Source: Pseudomonadota bacterium (GTDB lineage: Bacteria; Pseudomonadota; Alphaproteobacteria; Rhizobiales; Kaistiaceae). Taken from it: a stretch of DNA of 59,259 bases. Where the stretch lies: assembly GCA_048498575.1 (NCBI GenBank), contig JBEHXS010000001.1, forward strand, positions 1 to 59,259. The letters run 5' to 3'. The translations under genes and the position numbers were made by a program. Shown one piece after another: positions 56,772-59,259 of this stretch (position 1 is the stretch's first letter; the number at the start of each line of letters is the position of its first letter). The notes below the pieces were generated by a model that saw only the letters and a list, made by a program, of their open reading frames with translations, had not been told where the DNA came from and made no database searches.

Positions 56772-57185
56772 TCATTCGTCGCCAACCGGAACGTAGGCGA
56801 TAAGGTCGATTTCGATGTCCATCCCCGGCTGGCCTGGCGCGCCGGGCGAGCCCAGCGCAGCGCCGATCGTGGTGCGCGGGGGCGGTTCGCCGGGGAACAT
56901 CTCGCGGAAGACTTCATCGACCCGAGCGATATCTTCCATCCGCCGCAGGTAGACGTTGACCTTCAGCGCATGGGCAAGCGAGCTGCCCTCGGCGGCGAGG
57001 ATTGCGGTGAGGTTGGCGAGCGTCCGGCGGGTCTGTTCGGCGATGTCGTCTGTCTTGATCGACCCGGTCGCCGGGTCGACCGGTCCCTGGCCGGAGGTGA
57101 AGATCAATTGCCCGTAGCGGCTCCCTTGGGAGAAGTGGCGCTTCGGCGTCGGCGCCCCGGTCGTTTTGATGATGGTATGGGTCAC
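56772..57185 (-). CDS. RidA/YjgF-family protein
   Basis: I infer a GTG start at 57185 (VTHTIIKTTGAPTPKRHFSQG...FTSGQ...), giving 137 aa. The upstream part of the 208-aa ORF is Arg-rich junk. Confidence 0.7.
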   Translation of the reverse strand: MTHTIIKTTGAPTPKRHFSQGSRYGQLIFTSGQGPVDPATGSIKTDDIAEQTRRTLANLTAILAAEGSSLAHALKVNVYLRRMEDIARVDEVFREMFPGEPPPRTTIGAALGSPGAPGQPGMDIEIDLIAYVPVGDE

Positions 57186-57199
57186 TGCTCGCCCGCCAG

Positions 57200-58195
57200 C
57201 TAGAATCCGGATGCCTTGTCGACTTCGTTCAACAGCGGCGCGCCACGTCGCCATCGCTCGACGTTGTCGAAGAGAAGGTCGATGACCCGCTTCCACACGT
57301 GCTGCGAGCCCCCGGCGAGGTGTGGCGACACGATGAAGTTCGGGGCGTCCCAAAGGGGGCTGTCGGCCGGAAGCGGCTCCTCGACGAAAACGTCGCATGC
57401 CGCACCCGCGATCAACCCATCGCTCAGGGCTCGAGCGAGCGCAACCTCGTCGACTACGCCACCGCGGCCCACATTGACGAAATACGCCGTTCGCTTCATT
57501 GCCCGAAAGGCGCCGGCGTCAAAAATGCCCCGTGCATCGGCGACCTCTGGCAGCGCTGCGACGACGACGTCGGCGCGGGATAACAACTCGACCAAGCCCT
57601 CGCGACCAAGGACCTGTTCTGCTAGCTCGTCCGGCCCCGTCGGATGCCGGCGCAATCCGATTACGCGCGCACCGAACGTGCGTGCGTGGACCGCGATGGC
57701 GCGACCGATGCGGCCGTAGCCGACAATACCGATGAGCAAGTCTGCGAGGCTGATCGGCGGATAGTCGCGTCGGATCGGCGCCCATTCGTGATCGCGCTGG
57801 GCAACGACGGCGCGGTCGATCCGTCGTGTGAGTGCCAAGATCAGCGCCAGAGCGTGCTCCGCCACTTCCGGCGCCATGGTCCCAGCGCTGTTGGTGACGC
57901 GGATGCTGGAATCGCGGATCGCGGGCACCAGGATTCTTTCGACCCCCGCCGCGATCGCATGAATCCACGCAAGCTTGGGCGCCGTCGCGAACACATCCGG
58001 CGGCGCCTCGCTTCCGACGAAGATGTCGGCATCGGCAAGCACGCTTGGCAGTGCGTCCGGCGTCCCGACAATTGCCAGATGCACGCCATGACACTCCGCC
58101 GACTCCGCCAAGTATGCGCGCGGGCACTGCTGATGGAAGACGTTGTCGTTCCGCAGAAGCATCGCCATGCGCAGTGGTCGACTTTCGGCAGTCAT
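57200..58195 (-). CDS. D-isomer-specific 2-hydroxyacid dehydrogenase family protein
   Basis: 331 aa with the NAD fold GIVGYGRIGRAIA and the catalytic R/E/H pattern (...VNVGRG..., SPHLAG). Confidence 0.85.
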   Translation of the reverse strand: MTAESRPLRMAMLLRNDNVFHQQCPRAYLAESAECHGVHLAIVGTPDALPSVLADADIFVGSEAPPDVFATAPKLAWIHAIAAGVERILVPAIRDSSIRVTNSAGTMAPEVAEHALALILALTRRIDRAVVAQRDHEWAPIRRDYPPISLADLLIGIVGYGRIGRAIAVHARTFGARVIGLRRHPTGPDELAEQVLGREGLVELLSRADVVVAALPEVADARGIFDAGAFRAMKRTAYFVNVGRGGVVDEVALARALSDGLIAGAACDVFVEEPLPADSPLWDAPNFIVSPHLAGGSQHVWKRVIDLLFDNVERWRRGAPLLNEVDKASGF

Positions 58196-58318
58196 GCGCG
58201 GCGGACCGATTCACTCCGCCTCATGACGTGGGTAGCCATGACCTTTCCCCTCCACCGGTGTCAGCTAATACCATCTGCAGCGGTGAACTACCGCGCGGCG
58301 TCTGTCCGCGCTCCCTAA

Positions 58319-59209
58319 TCAGAACTCCAGGTCTGCGTGACCCTTGCCATTCTTGTGGTAGTCAACCCTCTCGCGGATCGGCATCTTGCGATACTCCTCA
58401 CACATCGCCGTGAGGTTCGTGATCGTATCTTCCCAAAGAATTCGACCCTTTTCCTTGGTCGCAACCGAGGCGTCCCCGGCCACGCCGCTCTCGTTCCATC
58501 GCGACCACCAGTCCATGAAAGAGATGGGCGATCCCCTTTGCAGATCGCGGAAGAAGAACGGCGACTTGGTCCACTGCTCCGGAATCTCCTTCACCGCCTT
58601 GTCCATCTGCACGCGAGACTCATCGATGTGGAGGTAGAGAGACGTTTCGATTTCTTCCGCATGGCTGGAGCCGGGCCAAGGCGTTTCGCGAATTTCGCCA
58701 TACCTTTTGGCGCACAGGCTGGTCCACATGACAACCGCGCAATGCGCGTCGCTCTCAAGCACCGTCTTGCGCGCAGCAAGGTCGAGGTTGGGCATGTTCG
58801 AGCCGTGACCGTTGACGATCAGGATCTTTTTGAAGCCGTGATACGCGAAGCTCTTGCAGATGTCGGAGACGTAACCGATGAAGTTCGCCGAGGCGACGTG
58901 GACCGTTCCCGGAAAATCCATGTGATGCAGGTTGAACCCGTACGGTACGAGCGGCGCGATCAGAAAGAGGTCGGGCCGCCGACGGCCGGCTTCCAGGCAG
59001 ATTTTTTCGACCTGGTGATCCATGTCGAGGGGCAGATGATAGCCGTGGTCCTCGACGGAGCCGGTCGGCAGAATTACGACCTTGTTGAGCGCGGCGGCCT
59101 CGCCGATTTCCGGCCATGTGTGATCGACGTATCGGTAGAGCGTCGAGACGTCTCTGGTGATTTCCGGCATGGACCGATTCATATGCTCGATTGGCGCAAC
59201 AGGCGTCAC
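58319..59209 (-). CDS. creatininase-family amidohydrolase
   Basis: 296 aa with metal-binding motifs LPTGSVEDHGYHLPL and VNGHGSN. The start may be the Met at 59182 or 59170. Confidence 0.75.
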   Translation of the reverse strand: MTPVAPIEHMNRSMPEITRDVSTLYRYVDHTWPEIGEAAALNKVVILPTGSVEDHGYHLPLDMDHQVEKICLEAGRRRPDLFLIAPLVPYGFNLHHMDFPGTVHVASANFIGYVSDICKSFAYHGFKKILIVNGHGSNMPNLDLAARKTVLESDAHCAVVMWTSLCAKRYGEIRETPWPGSSHAEEIETSLYLHIDESRVQMDKAVKEIPEQWTKSPFFFRDLQRGSPISFMDWWSRWNESGVAGDASVATKEKGRILWEDTITNLTAMCEEYRKMPIRERVDYHKNGKGHADLEF

Positions 59210-59259
59210 GCCACCCTGTATCGTTGAACAACGGATTCATTTAGTTCGATCCCGAGTCC

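Overview
This is a high-GC, gene-dense segment that looks alphaproteobacterial (Rhizobiales-like). I call about 54 protein-coding genes. I found no rRNA, complete tRNA, CRISPR array, transposase or integrase.

Gene content from left to right:
- A tam fragment, a MOSC protein, a GH19-like hydrolase, a SulP-STAS-cNMP transporter, an EVE protein, two membrane proteins and a GNAT.
- ettA, a lone ferredoxin-reductase-type flavoprotein, and pckA with a LacI-family neighbour.
- A myo-inositol locus: an IolI-like TIM barrel, a CUT2 ABC transporter and idhA, convergent with iolR-iolC(fused)-iolD-iolE-iolB.
- A second, uncharacterised inositol-related module: an IolY-like oxidoreductase, an IolE paralogue, a CUT1 ABC transporter, a LacI regulator, and another Gfo/Idh/MocA plus TIM-barrel pair. 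GGAA-N6-TTCC palindromes tie this module to the iol genes.
- gmd-fcl.
- The general stress response (GSR) core (HWE kinase, phyR, nepR, ecfG), followed on the same strand by a UdgX-type uracil-DNA glycosylase and a type IB topoisomerase.
- A GH38 alpha-mannosidase/CUT1 operon with its LacI regulator.
- A cluster of CUT2 ABC transporter, lactonase, LacI, DHDPS-like protein, RidA, 2-hydroxyacid dehydrogenase and creatininase-family protein.

The most unusual signals are in the stress locus:
- Two enzymes that form covalent DNA adducts (UdgX-like and TopIB) are appended to nepR-ecfG.
- A perfect EcfG-type promoter (GGAAC-N16-CGTT) points antisense into the 3' end of phyR.
- A two-hairpin, terminator-ended, non-coding stretch with a C-rich loop lies between phyR and the kinase and is a candidate sRNA.
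- A small orphan ORF has an EcfG-like box.

Many long ORFs in the supplied track are off-frame shadows typical of high-GC DNA, and I rejected them. All functional calls rest on motif and family recognition by eye. No database search was run.
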